Source: Lachnospiraceae bacterium (lineage in GTDB: Bacteria > Bacillota > Clostridia > Lachnospirales > Lachnospiraceae). From it: 58,003 bases of DNA. The position numbers were made by a program, and so were the translations under genes. The stretch covers positions 1 through 58,003 of the forward strand of contig JAUNGL010000003.1 in NCBI GenBank assembly GCA_030524665.1. Reading direction: 5' to 3'. Position 1 is the first letter of the stretch. Every line of letters starts with the position of its first letter. The notes under the pieces are model-generated. The model saw only the letters and a program-made list of their open reading frames with translations, made no database searches and had not been told where the DNA came from. Positions 45,608-55,914 of this stretch are shown here, piece by piece.

Positions 45608-48600
45608 ATGAGTGATGTAAGAAGAGTGTATGTGGAGAAGAAGCCAGATTTTGCGGTGGCTGCTAAAGGGCTGACACATGAGGTGAAGAGCTATCTCGGT
45701 GTGAAAGGGCTGGAAAAGATCCGTGTCCTGATCCGCTATGATGTGGAGCATATTTCAGATGAGGTTTACCAGGCTGCGTGCCGCACGGTATTTGCAGAGC
45801 CGCCGGTCGATGATATATATGAAGAAACATTTCCGGTGACGGAGCATGACCGGGTATTTTCAGTGGAATATCTGCCGGGACAGTTTGACCAGCGTGCAGA
45901 TTCTGCTGTACAGTGTGTCCGCTTCCTGAAGGAGGATGAAGAGCCGATTATTCGCTCTGCGACGACATACGTGGTAGTCGGTGATGTGACGGATGAAGAA
46001 TTTGCAGCGATCAGGAATCACTGTATCAACCCTGTGGATTCGAGAGAGACTGGACTGGAGAAGCCGGAGACTCTGGTGACGGAGTTCGAGGAGCCGGCGG
46101 ATGTCATTGTTTTTGAAGGATTTGCGGATATGGAGGAGGAGAAGCTTCTGGAACTCTACCGTTCCCTGAATCTGGCGATGACATTTAAGGATTTCCTGCA
46201 TATTCAGAATTATTTTAAGAATGAAGAGAAGCGCGATCCGTCGATGACAGAGATTCGGGTGCTCGATACGTACTGGAGTGATCACTGCCGCCATACGACA
46301 TTCTCTACGGAGCTGACGGATGTGAAGTTTGATGACGGCTATTACCGGGCACCGATTGAGGGAACCTACCAGAAATACCTGGCTGACCATAAGGAGATTT
46401 TCAAGGGCAGAGATGATAAATTTGTCTGCTTGATGGATCTTGCGCTGATGGCAATGCGCAAGCTGAAGAAGGAAGGCAAGCTGCAGGATCAGGAGGAATC
46501 CGACGAGATCAATGCGTGCAGTATCGTCGTTCCGGTTGAGATTGACGGGAAGACTGAAGAGTGGCTGGTGAATTTCAAAAATGAGACGCACAACCATCCG
46601 ACGGAAATTGAGCCGTTCGGTGGAGCTGCCACGTGTCTCGGCGGTGCGATCCGTGATCCGCTCTCCGGACGTACGTATGTATATCAGGCAATGCGTGTGA
46701 CTGGTGCGGCTGACCCGACTGTATCCGTGCAGGATACGCTGAAGGGCAAGCTGCCGCAGAAGAAACTGGTGCGTGAGGCTGCTCACGGCTACAGCTCCTA
46801 CGGAAACCAGATCGGTCTGGCGACCGGATATGTCAAGGAAGTATATCATCCGTCCTATGTGGCGAAGCGTATGGAGATTGGTGCTGTGATGGGTGCTGCT
46901 CCGAGGAGTGCTGTGATCCGTGAGAATTCCGATCCGGGCGATATTATCATCCTGCTCGGTGGCCGGACCGGACGTGATGGCATCGGCGGTGCGACAGGTT
47001 CCTCCAAGGTACACACGGAGGCGTCCATCGAGGTCTGCGGCGCTGAGGTACAGAAGGGAAATGCGCCGACAGAGCGTAAGATTCAGAGACTGTTCCGCCG
47101 TGCGGAGGTCAGCAAACTGATCAAGAAATGCAACGATTTCGGTGCGGGCGGCGTATCTGTGGCCATAGGAGAGCTGGCGCCGGGACTTCATATTTATCTG
47201 GATAAGGTACCGAAGAAATATGCCGGACTTGACGGAACGGAGCTTGCGATCTCTGAGTCACAGGAACGTATGGCGGTAGTAGTAGATCCGAAGGATGTAG
47301 AAGAATTCATGGGTTATGCAGCAGAGGAGAATCTGGAAGCAGTTGAGGTAGCTGTTGTGACAGAGGCTCCGCGTCTGGTGCTGATCTGGAGGGACAAGGA
47401 AATTGTGAATATTTCCCGTGCGTTCCTCGATACGAATGGTGCACATCAGGAAACAACGGCAGAGGTGGAGATGCCGTCCGAGACGGACAGGTATTTTGTC
47501 CGCGAGGAAGTGGCGGATGTCCGTGCGAAGTGGCTGGATACGCTGGCTGATCTGAACTGTTGTTCTCAGAAGGGACTGGTCGAGATGTTCGACGGTTCTA
47601 TCGGTGCAGGTTCCGTATTTATGCCGTATGGCGGCAAATACCAGCTCACTGAGACACAGACGATGGTAGCGAAGCTTCCGGTACTGAAGGGAAAGACAGA
47701 TACCGTTACGATGATGAGCTACGGCTTTGATCCGTATCTGTCAAGCTGGAGTCCATATCACGGAGCACAGTACGCAGTACTGGAGTCTGTGGCGAGAATC
47801 GTTTCGAGCGGCGGCGATTTCAGTAAGATCCGCTTCACCTTCCAGGAGTACTTCCGCAGAATGTCTGAGGATCCCAAGCGCTGGAGCCAGCCGGTAGCAG
47901 CACTGCTCGGTGCGTATGAGGCGCAGCTTGGATTCGGACTTCCGTCCATCGGAGGAAAGGACAGTATGTCCGGTACGTTCAATGAGATTGATGTGCCGCC
48001 GACACTTGTATCCTTTGCGGTGGATATTGCAAAAGAAAAAGATATTATCACGCCGGAGCTGAAGCGTCCGGGCAGCAAGCTGGTTCTCCTGAAAGTGGAG
48101 AAGGATGCTTACGATCTCCCGGTTTACAGTCAGGTGATGGAGCAGTACAGCAAGTTCCACGAGGACATTCAGGCAGGAAGGATTATCTCTGCTTATGCGC
48201 TTGACGGGAAGGGCCTTGTGGCTGCTCTCTCGAAGATGGCATTCGGTAATGGGCTTGGACTGAAAATAGAGCACAATGTGGATGAGCGCGATCTGTTCAC
48301 CGCAGGATTCGGTAATCTCGTTGCTGAGGTTCCGGACGGACAGGTGGGCAATCTTGCAATTACCTATACAGTAGTCGGTGAAGTGACCAATAAGGGAAGC
48401 TTTGAATATAAAGATGTCGTGATTCCGATCGATGAGGCTCTGGCTACATGGAAGGGCACTCTGGAGCGTGTCTTCAGGACAGAGTCGGGAATCGAGACTG
48501 TCGGAGGCGGACTTGATCTGGACGGCAATCCGACAGACGGACCTGTAGCATACTTCTTTGCAGGGAAAGGGGAAGAGCAGCCGGTTTATGAAAATGGATG

Positions 48601-49444
48601 CTATATCCCGAAGGATATCTATGTATGCCGCAATCAGGTGGCGAAACCGCGCGTGTTTATTCCGGTATTCCCGGGTACGAACTGTGAGTATGACAGTACG
48701 AAGGCATTTGAGCGTGCCGGAGCAGAGGTTGATGTAAAGGTATTCCGCAACCTGACGGCAGAGGATATCCGTGATTCTGTGGAGGTCTTTGAAAAGGCAA
48801 TTGATCAGGCACAGATCATCATGTTCCCCGGCGGATTTTCCGCAGGTGACGAGCCGGATGGTTCCGCAAAATTCTTTGCAACAGCGTTCCAGAATGCGAA
48901 GATGAAGGAAGCTGTCATGAAGCTTCTGAATGAGCGCGATGGTCTGGCACTTGGCGTCTGCAACGGTTTCCAGGCTCTGATCAAGCTGGGACTCGTACCG
49001 CATGGTGAGATTGTGGGGCAGACTCCGGATTCACCGACATTGACTTTCAACACGATTGGCCGCCATATTTCCAAGATGGTATATACGAAGGTGGTTTCCA
49101 AAAAGTCGCCGTGGCTGGCAGGAGCAGAAGCTGGTGGTGTCTATGTGAACCCGGCTTCTCACGGCGAGGGACGTTTCGTAGCGAATAAAGAATGGATTCA
49201 GAAGCTGTTTGCAAACGGACAGGTAGCTACTCAGTACTGTGATCCGGATGGCAGCATCTGTGTAGGTGAGGAAGAGTGGAATGTCAACGGTTCCTATTTT
49301 GCGATTGAAGGAATCACAAGCCCGGATGGACGCGTCTTCGGTAAGATGGCACATTCGGAGCGCCGCGGGGATTCCGTTGCAATCAACATTTATGGGGAAC
49401 AGGATCTGAAGATCTTTGAATCGGGAGTAGCATACTTTAAATAA
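45608..49444 (+). CDS. purL: Phosphoribosylformylglycinamidine synthase (large fused type)
   Basis: YWSDHCRHTTF, KNETHNHPTEIEPFGGA, ISESQERM, FPGTNCE, GVCNGFQ and GKMAHSER motifs; promoter TTGTCA-17-TAAAAT upstream. Confidence 0.97.
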   Translation: MSDVRRVYVEKKPDFAVAAKGLTHEVKSYLGVKGLEKIRVLIRYDVEHISDEVYQAACRTVFAEPPVDDIYEETFPVTEHDRVFSVEYLPGQFDQRADSAVQCVRFLKEDEEPIIRSATTYVVVGDVTDEEFAAIRNHCINPVDSRETGLEKPETLVTEFEEPADVIVFEGFADMEEEKLLELYRSLNLAMTFKDFLHIQNYFKNEEKRDPSMTEIRVLDTYWSDHCRHTTFSTELTDVKFDDGYYRAPIEGTYQKYLADHKEIFKGRDDKFVCLMDLALMAMRKLKKEGKLQDQEESDEINACSIVVPVEIDGKTEEWLVNFKNETHNHPTEIEPFGGAATCLGGAIRDPLSGRTYVYQAMRVTGAADPTVSVQDTLKGKLPQKKLVREAAHGYSSYGNQIGLATGYVKEVYHPSYVAKRMEIGAVMGAAPRSAVIRENSDPGDIIILLGGRTGRDGIGGATGSSKVHTEASIEVCGAEVQKGNAPTERKIQRLFRRAEVSKLIKKCNDFGAGGVSVAIGELAPGLHIYLDKVPKKYAGLDGTELAISESQERMAVVVDPKDVEEFMGYAAEENLEAVEVAVVTEAPRLVLIWRDKEIVNISRAFLDTNGAHQETTAEVEMPSETDRYFVREEVADVRAKWLDTLADLNCCSQKGLVEMFDGSIGAGSVFMPYGGKYQLTETQTMVAKLPVLKGKTDTVTMMSYGFDPYLSSWSPYHGAQYAVLESVARIVSSGGDFSKIRFTFQEYFRRMSEDPKRWSQPVAALLGAYEAQLGFGLPSIGGKDSMSGTFNEIDVPPTLVSFAVDIAKEKDIITPELKRPGSKLVLLKVEKDAYDLPVYSQVMEQYSKFHEDIQAGRIISAYALDGKGLVAALSKMAFGNGLGLKIEHNVDERDLFTAGFGNLVAEVPDGQVGNLAITYTVVGEVTNKGSFEYKDVVIPIDEALATWKGTLERVFRTESGIETVGGGLDLDGNPTDGPVAYFFAGKGEEQPVYENGCYIPKDIYVCRNQVAKPRVFIPVFPGTNCEYDSTKAFERAGAEVDVKVFRNLTAEDIRDSVEVFEKAIDQAQIIMFPGGFSAGDEPDGSAKFFATAFQNAKMKEAVMKLLNERDGLALGVCNGFQALIKLGLVPHGEIVGQTPDSPTLTFNTIGRHISKMVYTKVVSKKSPWLAGAEAGGVYVNPASHGEGRFVANKEWIQKLFANGQVATQYCDPDGSICVGEEEWNVNGSYFAIEGITSPDGRVFGKMAHSERRGDSVAINIYGEQDLKIFESGVAYFK

Positions 49445-52317
49445 TGAAAAAACAGAGAATGACGGCAGACAATGTCGAACAATTGATGGAAATTGTCCGG
49501 TCTCTTCAGCAGGGGGAAGAGCCGGACATGGAGAAAATAAGGCAGAAAACCAGGCACGAAGGCTTTGCAGAGGATGCAGAGCCTGCTCGTGTTTCCGGGA
49601 AAAGTACAAAAAAGAAGAAAAAGTCTGCCGGTCTCCGGGAGGAAACTAAGGGAGAAACCGGGAATAGGCAAGCATCAGGCAGAATGGATGGCAAAGTAGC
49701 TCCGGGGTCTGCTTCTGATCACAGAGAAGATCATGAGAAAAGTGTGAGTCGGCCTGTTGAGAATGTGGCGGGGGATGAAGCTCAGGACGAATTCGAACGC
49801 TACCTGCAGGAAGAAGATTCAGGAGGCTTTGAGAAGGAAAAGGCACTGTTTTCTGCATTCGGAAATAAAATTTCCGGTTGGAAGAAGAAACTTACACAGA
49901 AGAGGCAAAAACCGGAACAGCGGGAACCTGCCAATGCTGTCAGCGGGCGTTCAGGACAATCTGCTGAAGATGAGGCAGAAGATGGTTTCGATATGGATGC
50001 GAGGGAACGGGCGAAAGAAGATGTGACATCAGTTCGGAAACAGAAATCCGGGATGGCGGACGATTCGCAGAAATCTTCTAAAGCTTCTGAATCATCTCAG
50101 AGTGAAGGAAATGCATCAAGGCTATCTGACGGGAGAGAAAGGCTGGCGAGTACAGCATCATCCGGTCAGGAGGAAGAGATAACAGAGAAAGGTGCGCGTT
50201 TCGGTAAAAGAAAAAAGAAAACGAAAGATGCTGTATTGCCTGAAAAAAATAAAGAAAAATCAGAAGATGCGGTATCGTCCGGAGGCAAAAAAGGAAGATC
50301 AGAAGACGCTACATCGTCCGAAGGCAAAAAAGAAAGATCAGGGGATACCGTATCGTCCGGAAGCAGCAAAGAGAAGTCAGAAGATATCGAATCATCTGAA
50401 AACAAAAGAAAAAAGTCAGACAAAACAAGAAAAAATGCAAAGTCCGGAATTGGTTCTGCCAGAGAAATATCATCGGGATTTGCAGGAGCGAAGGATTTTT
50501 GGGATAATCTGAATCAGAAGGGAATACATGGCAAGGAGCTTGGAATGCTGATTGCCGGTGCCATATTGGTACTGCTTTTGATTATACTGGGTATCAATAT
50601 GGTGCGAAATTCACTGGATGTGAAGCGGAAGAGTGCGAATGTAACAGCCGATGAAGGTCTGGTGGTTACGGTGGAGGATGAGCCGGATGAATGGTGTTCC
50701 TCTTATCCGGTGAAACTGAAGGTGCGTACCGGAAATACGATTGCTATGTCGGTTTCTGCAAATGGAAGTACATATCAGGCAGATGAGAAGGGGATGATCA
50801 CTGTCGAGGCGGACGATTGGCTGCTGGAGGCAGCAGTGGTTGTCGAAGGTGAAACGAAAAAAGCAAGGATTGAAATTCCGAAGCTGGATGGCGATACCCC
50901 GATACTCGAAGTGGAAAAAACAGAGAGTCAGGTTACACTTTCTGCCGTGGATGCAAGATCGTCCGTGAAAGCAATCTACTATGCGGCTACCGCATCCAGT
51001 GCATATTGCCAGCTGCCTGTTTACCGGAGATACAGTAATCCGATTACTTACGAGGAAGGTACTTTGTACCGTTTCTATGCAGTAGATGAAGCGGGGAACA
51101 GCTCCGTGCCTATTGTTTCGACGCTGGAAAGTGCGCAGTCATTTCAGCTGAGCCAGACAGATGTTTCACTTTTTCCGGGAGAGACGTGCAGTCTCGGAGT
51201 TACTGCAGAACCGTCGGGTGCACTGCTGAAAAATCTGAAATTTGAGTCGATGGATGAACAGGTACTGAGTGTAAATGAGAACGGAAGAGTCACTGCTTTG
51301 AAAAACGGGACTACGACGGTACGGGTCAGCGCTGACGGTTTGGAAAGCCAGACCTGTACATTTGAAGTCAGTACGGAGCGCAGCGTAACGATTAGTGCAA
51401 TCGGAGACTGTACATTGGGTACGGATGAATCATTTAATACAACGACGAACCTGAATGCATTTGATGCGGTTTATGGACATGAGTATTTCTTCCGGAATGT
51501 GAGAGAAATTCTGGAGAATGATGATGCAACATTAGCGAACTTTGAAGGTACACTGACCAATGAAACAACGAGAGAGGCAAAGCAGTATGCATTCAAGGGA
51601 GATCCGTCCTATACGGCGATTTTGACAGAGGGATCCGTGGAGGTAGTGAACCTGGCCAATAATCACAGCAGTGATTATGGAGCGCAGAGTCTGGAGGATA
51701 CCAAGCACGCTCTGGAAGAAGCCGGAATTGATTACTGTATCGGGGATACGATCGCATACAGGGATGTGAATGGAATCAGGACAGCCTTTATCGGAATCTA
51801 TGAACTGAATGCCGGAATGGAATGCGAGAGTCAGGTGCGTGAAACTATTGCACAGGCGAAAGCACAGAATGCGGAACTGGTGATTGTCTCATTTCACTGG
51901 GGAGATGAGAAGGCTACTGCCCCGGATGATACCCAGAAGTCGCTGGCGCATACGGCGGTAGAATGCGGAGCAGATCTGGTGGTAGGGCATCATCCGCATG
52001 TTTTGCAGGGAATCGAACAGTACAATGGGAAATATATTGTATACAGTCTGGGAAATTTCTGCTTTGGAGGAAACAGTGCTCCATCAGATAAAGATACTAT
52101 GATATTCCGTCAGACATTTACTGTAAGTGAAGCTGGGGTACAACCGGAGAGCCAGATTGAAATCATACCATGCAGTGTGAGCTCCGAGAGCGGTTATAAT
52201 AATTATCAGCCTACACCGCTGCAGGGAGAGGAGGCCCAGAGGGTGATGGACCGAATTAATGAATACAGTGCTGAGTTTGGACAAACGTTTACCCTCACGG
52301 ATGATTCTGAAGCGTAG
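49444..52317 (+). CDS. CapA (PGA_cap) family metallophosphatase with Ig-like domain and long charged N-terminus
   Basis: GDCTLG, ANFEG, NLANNHSSDYG, SFHWG, GHHPHVLQG and YSLGNF motifs; TM LIAGAILVLLLIILGI; Big_2-like segment before the catalytic domain. Confidence 0.88.
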   Translation: MKKQRMTADNVEQLMEIVRSLQQGEEPDMEKIRQKTRHEGFAEDAEPARVSGKSTKKKKKSAGLREETKGETGNRQASGRMDGKVAPGSASDHREDHEKSVSRPVENVAGDEAQDEFERYLQEEDSGGFEKEKALFSAFGNKISGWKKKLTQKRQKPEQREPANAVSGRSGQSAEDEAEDGFDMDARERAKEDVTSVRKQKSGMADDSQKSSKASESSQSEGNASRLSDGRERLASTASSGQEEEITEKGARFGKRKKKTKDAVLPEKNKEKSEDAVSSGGKKGRSEDATSSEGKKERSGDTVSSGSSKEKSEDIESSENKRKKSDKTRKNAKSGIGSAREISSGFAGAKDFWDNLNQKGIHGKELGMLIAGAILVLLLIILGINMVRNSLDVKRKSANVTADEGLVVTVEDEPDEWCSSYPVKLKVRTGNTIAMSVSANGSTYQADEKGMITVEADDWLLEAAVVVEGETKKARIEIPKLDGDTPILEVEKTESQVTLSAVDARSSVKAIYYAATASSAYCQLPVYRRYSNPITYEEGTLYRFYAVDEAGNSSVPIVSTLESAQSFQLSQTDVSLFPGETCSLGVTAEPSGALLKNLKFESMDEQVLSVNENGRVTALKNGTTTVRVSADGLESQTCTFEVSTERSVTISAIGDCTLGTDESFNTTTNLNAFDAVYGHEYFFRNVREILENDDATLANFEGTLTNETTREAKQYAFKGDPSYTAILTEGSVEVVNLANNHSSDYGAQSLEDTKHALEEAGIDYCIGDTIAYRDVNGIRTAFIGIYELNAGMECESQVRETIAQAKAQNAELVIVSFHWGDEKATAPDDTQKSLAHTAVECGADLVVGHHPHVLQGIEQYNGKYIVYSLGNFCFGGNSAPSDKDTMIFRQTFTVSEAGVQPESQIEIIPCSVSSESGYNNYQPTPLQGEEAQRVMDRINEYSAEFGQTFTLTDDSEA
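50212..50406 (+). repeat. 39-bp (13-aa) coding tandem repeat, 4 clear units plus 1 degenerate unit
   Basis: KEKSEDAVSSGGK / KGRSEDATSSEGK / KERSGDTVSSGSS / KEKSEDIESSENK at 50251, 50290, 50329 and 50368. Confidence 0.8.
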
Positions 52318-52404
52318 AATTGCGATGAAAACACACGGGCTCAGGCTTGAGCTCATCCGGATGTATGGCGTTAAGGCAGAATAGGAACATATATAACTAT
52401 AACG

Positions 52405-52435
52405 AAAAGATGCAGCATTTTGTTGCATCTTTTTT
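52405..52435 (+). terminator. Intrinsic terminator after purL-capA
   Basis: AAAAGATGCAGCA-TTT-TGTTGCATC followed by T6. Confidence 0.75.
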
Positions 52436-52602
52436 GTGCGGAAAAGAGGGAAGAAGGAGAAAAATATAGCTTGCCCGGCATCCGTCGGGAAGCTGCTTAT
52501 TGTGGCATTTCATTGAATGAAAAATAGGGATGTGCTATCCTTTGCCGGAACCGAAAGGCAATACGGGCGGGGAGAAAGTCTCATTTTGAGGAGGATTCTG
52601 AA

Positions 52603-53247
52603 ATGGCACATCTGGACACAAACAGGCATATCTATTATTATGTTTTGCAGGGAAACTCAAATATTCTGTCTGATGAACGGGATAAGAAGAAATTGCTCGA
52701 TATCATCCTTTCGGTTCGGCGTGAGCGGGACTTTGAGTTGTATGCGTTCTGCCTTACCGATGAAGAAGTATTTCTACTCACAGGTGCAAAGCGTCAGGCA
52801 AAGCTTGACCGTGCAGTCAGAGTCATTTCTGCGGAATATGCAGCATATTATGTGGATAAGCATATATATGCGAAAAACGCCGCATACAGCGGAGTGAAAT
52901 CAGCAGCCACGCTGCAAGACAGGAGAGTGTACGGGCTGGAAACGGTGTGGAAAGAACGCCTGAATCATATGCAGGAGGTCAGAGACAAATGCAGGGCGAT
53001 TCACTGTATTCCGGTGGAAAGAGGATATGCAGGACGTATCAGGGATTACTGGTGGAGCAGTTACCGGTCCTATCTGGGATACTATGAATGGAAGGACCTG
53101 GATATGCTTCCAATGCTGCAATTGTTTGCACCGGAACCGGAGAAGGCCAGAAGACAGTTACGCAGATTTCATGAACTGATATTTCAGAATGGTTTTGAAA
53201 CCCGTTCAGGAAAAGAGCGATTGCTGTTGGAGGTTCCGAAAGACTAA
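52603..53247 (+). CDS. RAYT/TnpA (Y1 HUH transposase)-like protein with degenerate active site
   Basis: Colinear with the RAYT pattern (GN..I.SD..DK..LL, FELYAFCL, IH.IPV..G, DY.WSSYRSYLG), but the HUH position reads EVF and the RYIH position reads RAIH. Intact ORF with GAGGAGG SD. Confidence 0.75.
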   Translation: MAHLDTNRHIYYYVLQGNSNILSDERDKKKLLDIILSVRRERDFELYAFCLTDEEVFLLTGAKRQAKLDRAVRVISAEYAAYYVDKHIYAKNAAYSGVKSAATLQDRRVYGLETVWKERLNHMQEVRDKCRAIHCIPVERGYAGRIRDYWWSSYRSYLGYYEWKDLDMLPMLQLFAPEPEKARRQLRRFHELIFQNGFETRSGKERLLLEVPKD

Positions 53248-53596
53248 GCCGGAGATGAAAAAGGATTGGGCAAGCACATACATTTAGATGAATAAAAATA
53301 TATCAGAATGGCAAATATTATTTGAATCGAATCTTTTTCTTAAAAAAATCGAAAGTCTGTGACAACCGGAAAAAAAGGTGCTAGAATGGCAGACAAGCAA
53401 AAGAGGTTCTGTGCATGTAGTACAGTAAAATGAAAAGAAACTGCTCATTTTTCCACGAAAGTGACGTTGCGGGGAATAGGGAAACATGGTATGATTTACG
53501 CGGATTCCAGGAGGCAGTGCGATTCATGGGGCGTGCACAGAAACGGAAAAGGAAACAGACATCTGAAGGCAGAGTATGAATGGCGGGAGAGGTTTT

Positions 53597-54286
53597 ATGA
53601 AGTTGGAGAAAGTAAAGAACTGGTTCAAGAAATACCCTTATATGATAGCGATATGCTACCTGTTATTTTATCTGGCCGCATTCCAATGGCTGGAGCTGAA
53701 TGTTGTACCAAAGTACATTATTCACTGCAAGCTGGATGAGGTGATTCCATTCTGTGAAGAGTTTATCATACCGTATGTGTTCTGGTTTGCCTACATCCCG
53801 GGAGCATTTATCTGGTTTAAGCATCGCGGATGGGAGGATTACTCAAAGCTTTGTCTGATGGTATTTTCTGGTTTGACCGTCTGTCTTGGTATTTATTACG
53901 TATTTCCGACAGGCTTGAACCTGCGTCTGGCAGATAATCCTCATGAGACTGGTTTTTTATATAATCTGGTACGCTGCCTGCGCGCGATTGATACTCCGAC
54001 GAATGTATGCCCGTCGATTCATGTGATGAATACGGTGATGATATTTCAGGCAGTCTGCAGTCTGGAAGGACTGAAGCATCGGAGGCTTACGGTCGCGGTA
54101 CACTTTGTGATCATGGTCCTGATCTGTGCGTCAACTGTATTTCTGGATCAGCATTCTGTAGTAGATGTGGTATGCGGAGTGATGATGAGTTTTGTATTCC
54201 ATGGGCTTGTGTATCAGGTTGACTGGAAAGAAGAAATGGCAAAACACAGAACCAGAGCGAAAACCAAGCTGCGCAGAGTATCTTGA
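53597..54286 (+). CDS. PAP2-family membrane phosphatase/phosphotransferase
   Basis: LDEVIPF...FIIPY, DTPTNVCPSIHV and STVFLDQHSVVDV motifs; multiple TMs. Confidence 0.88.
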   Translation: MKLEKVKNWFKKYPYMIAICYLLFYLAAFQWLELNVVPKYIIHCKLDEVIPFCEEFIIPYVFWFAYIPGAFIWFKHRGWEDYSKLCLMVFSGLTVCLGIYYVFPTGLNLRLADNPHETGFLYNLVRCLRAIDTPTNVCPSIHVMNTVMIFQAVCSLEGLKHRRLTVAVHFVIMVLICASTVFLDQHSVVDVVCGVMMSFVFHGLVYQVDWKEEMAKHRTRAKTKLRRVS

Positions 54287-54546
54287 GAAAGTGATATGGT
54301 ATATTTTCTGAAAACAGGGAACAGGCTGAAGTCTCAGAGAAACAGCAGGCGATAGAAGATATAATGAATAATAATTTCCGGGGAATGAGATGTACTTTGA
54401 GTGTACATGTTATTCCCCGGTTTATCTTTAATTTTATCTGATAGTGCTTGAAAAATACCATATGCTTATATATAATCGTTTACAGACACTGGGATGCAGG
54501 TGTTTACGGAGACGGATCCGGTTTTGGAAAAGAGAGGAAAATACAA

Positions 54547-55905
54547 ATGAAAATTATTATCGTGGGCCTTGGCAAGGTGGGTCAGACACTCGCAGCGGAG
54601 CTTAGCAGTGAGGATTGTGATATTACAGTCATTGATCATAAGGAATCTGTTGTTGAGGAGTTCGCAAGTCAGTATGATATTATGGGGCTGGTTGGAAACG
54701 GTGCAAGCTATTCGACACAGATGGAGGCTGGTGTGGAAACGGCGGATTTGCTGATTGCGGTGACGGGTTCCGATGAGCTGAACCTTCTTTGTTGCCTGAT
54801 TGCAAAAAAGGCAGGTAACTGTCATACGATTGCCCGTGTGAGGAATCCGGAATACAGCAGTGAGCTGAATTATATTAAGGAAGAACTTGGTCTTGCTATG
54901 GTGATCAATCCGGAGCTTGCGGCAGCAGGAGAGATTGCCCGTGTACTGAAGTATCCGTCCGCGATTGAGGTAGACAGCTTTGCCAAAAGCCGGGTTGAGC
55001 TTTTGAAATTCCGCGTGCCGGAGAGATCTTTCCTGGATGAACAGAAGATTGTGGATATTTCCAACAGGATCAAAAAGAATATCCTGATCTGTGCGATTGA
55101 GAGAGGAAACGAGATCATTATTCCGGATGGTAATTTCCGGCTGAAAGCGAGGGATCTGGTTTCCATCGTCGGCTCTTCCGTGGAGGCAAATGACTTTTTC
55201 AGGCAGATTGGATTTGTGTCGAATCAGGTAAAGAGCATCATGATCACCGGAGGCGGTACCATAGCTTATTATCTGGCCAAGATGCTGACGCCGAGCGGAG
55301 TAAAGGTAAAGATTATTGAGAAGAATCTGGAACGTTGTGATAAGCTCTGTGAGCTTTTGCCCAAAGCAACGATTGTCCATGGTGATGGTACGGATAAAGA
55401 TCTAATTCTGGAAGAGGGATTGAAACGGACTGAGGCGTTTGCGGCGCTGATGAATATCGATGAGGAAAATATCCTGCTCTCTCTATATGCCAAAAAAGTC
55501 GGGAAAATGAAGGTCATCACGAAAATTAATAGAATCTCTTTTGATGAAGTGATTCAGGAGCTGGATCTGGACACAGTGATTCATCCGAAGAATATTACTT
55601 CTGAGCATATTATCCGCTATGTACGTTCTATGAAAAACTCTCTTGGCAGTAATGTTGAGACATTGCACAGGATTATTAACAATAAGGCGGAGGCACTGGA
55701 ATTTATTATTCATGAGGATTCCAGAGTGACAGGAATTGCACTTCAGGATTTGAGGATACGAAAGGGAATTCTGGTTGCCTGTATCAGCCGTAGAGGCCAG
55801 GTGATTATTCCGCGTGGACGTGATACGATTCAACGTGGGGATACGGTGATTATCATTACAAGGCAGACCGGTTTGAACGACATCCGGGATATTCTGGAAA
55901 AGTAG
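54547..55905 (+). CDS. trkA: Trk potassium uptake regulatory subunit
   Basis: MKIIIVGLGKVG, IAVTGSDELN, TIARVRNPEY and second RCK domain ITGGGTIAYYLA. Confidence 0.95.
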   Translation: MKIIIVGLGKVGQTLAAELSSEDCDITVIDHKESVVEEFASQYDIMGLVGNGASYSTQMEAGVETADLLIAVTGSDELNLLCCLIAKKAGNCHTIARVRNPEYSSELNYIKEELGLAMVINPELAAAGEIARVLKYPSAIEVDSFAKSRVELLKFRVPERSFLDEQKIVDISNRIKKNILICAIERGNEIIIPDGNFRLKARDLVSIVGSSVEANDFFRQIGFVSNQVKSIMITGGGTIAYYLAKMLTPSGVKVKIIEKNLERCDKLCELLPKATIVHGDGTDKDLILEEGLKRTEAFAALMNIDEENILLSLYAKKVGKMKVITKINRISFDEVIQELDLDTVIHPKNITSEHIIRYVRSMKNSLGSNVETLHRIINNKAEALEFIIHEDSRVTGIALQDLRIRKGILVACISRRGQVIIPRGRDTIQRGDTVIIITRQTGLNDIRDILEK

Positions 55906-55914
55906 GGCAATGTT

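Noticed and set aside
45860-49003. 443-aa and 420-aa minus-strand ORFs
   Set aside because: Antisense shadows of the codon-biased purL gene.
49444-52317. Link between CapA (poly-gamma-glutamate) and the D-glutamate locus
   Set aside because: More than 35 kb apart, no capBC or depolymerase gene, and CapA domains are widespread without capsule synthesis.
54287-54546. c-di-AMP (ydaO) riboswitch upstream of trkA
   Set aside because: The conserved GCTGAATC/GGGGGAACC segments were not found; the CCGGGGAAT/ATTCCCCGG stem is better explained as the PAP2 gene terminator.
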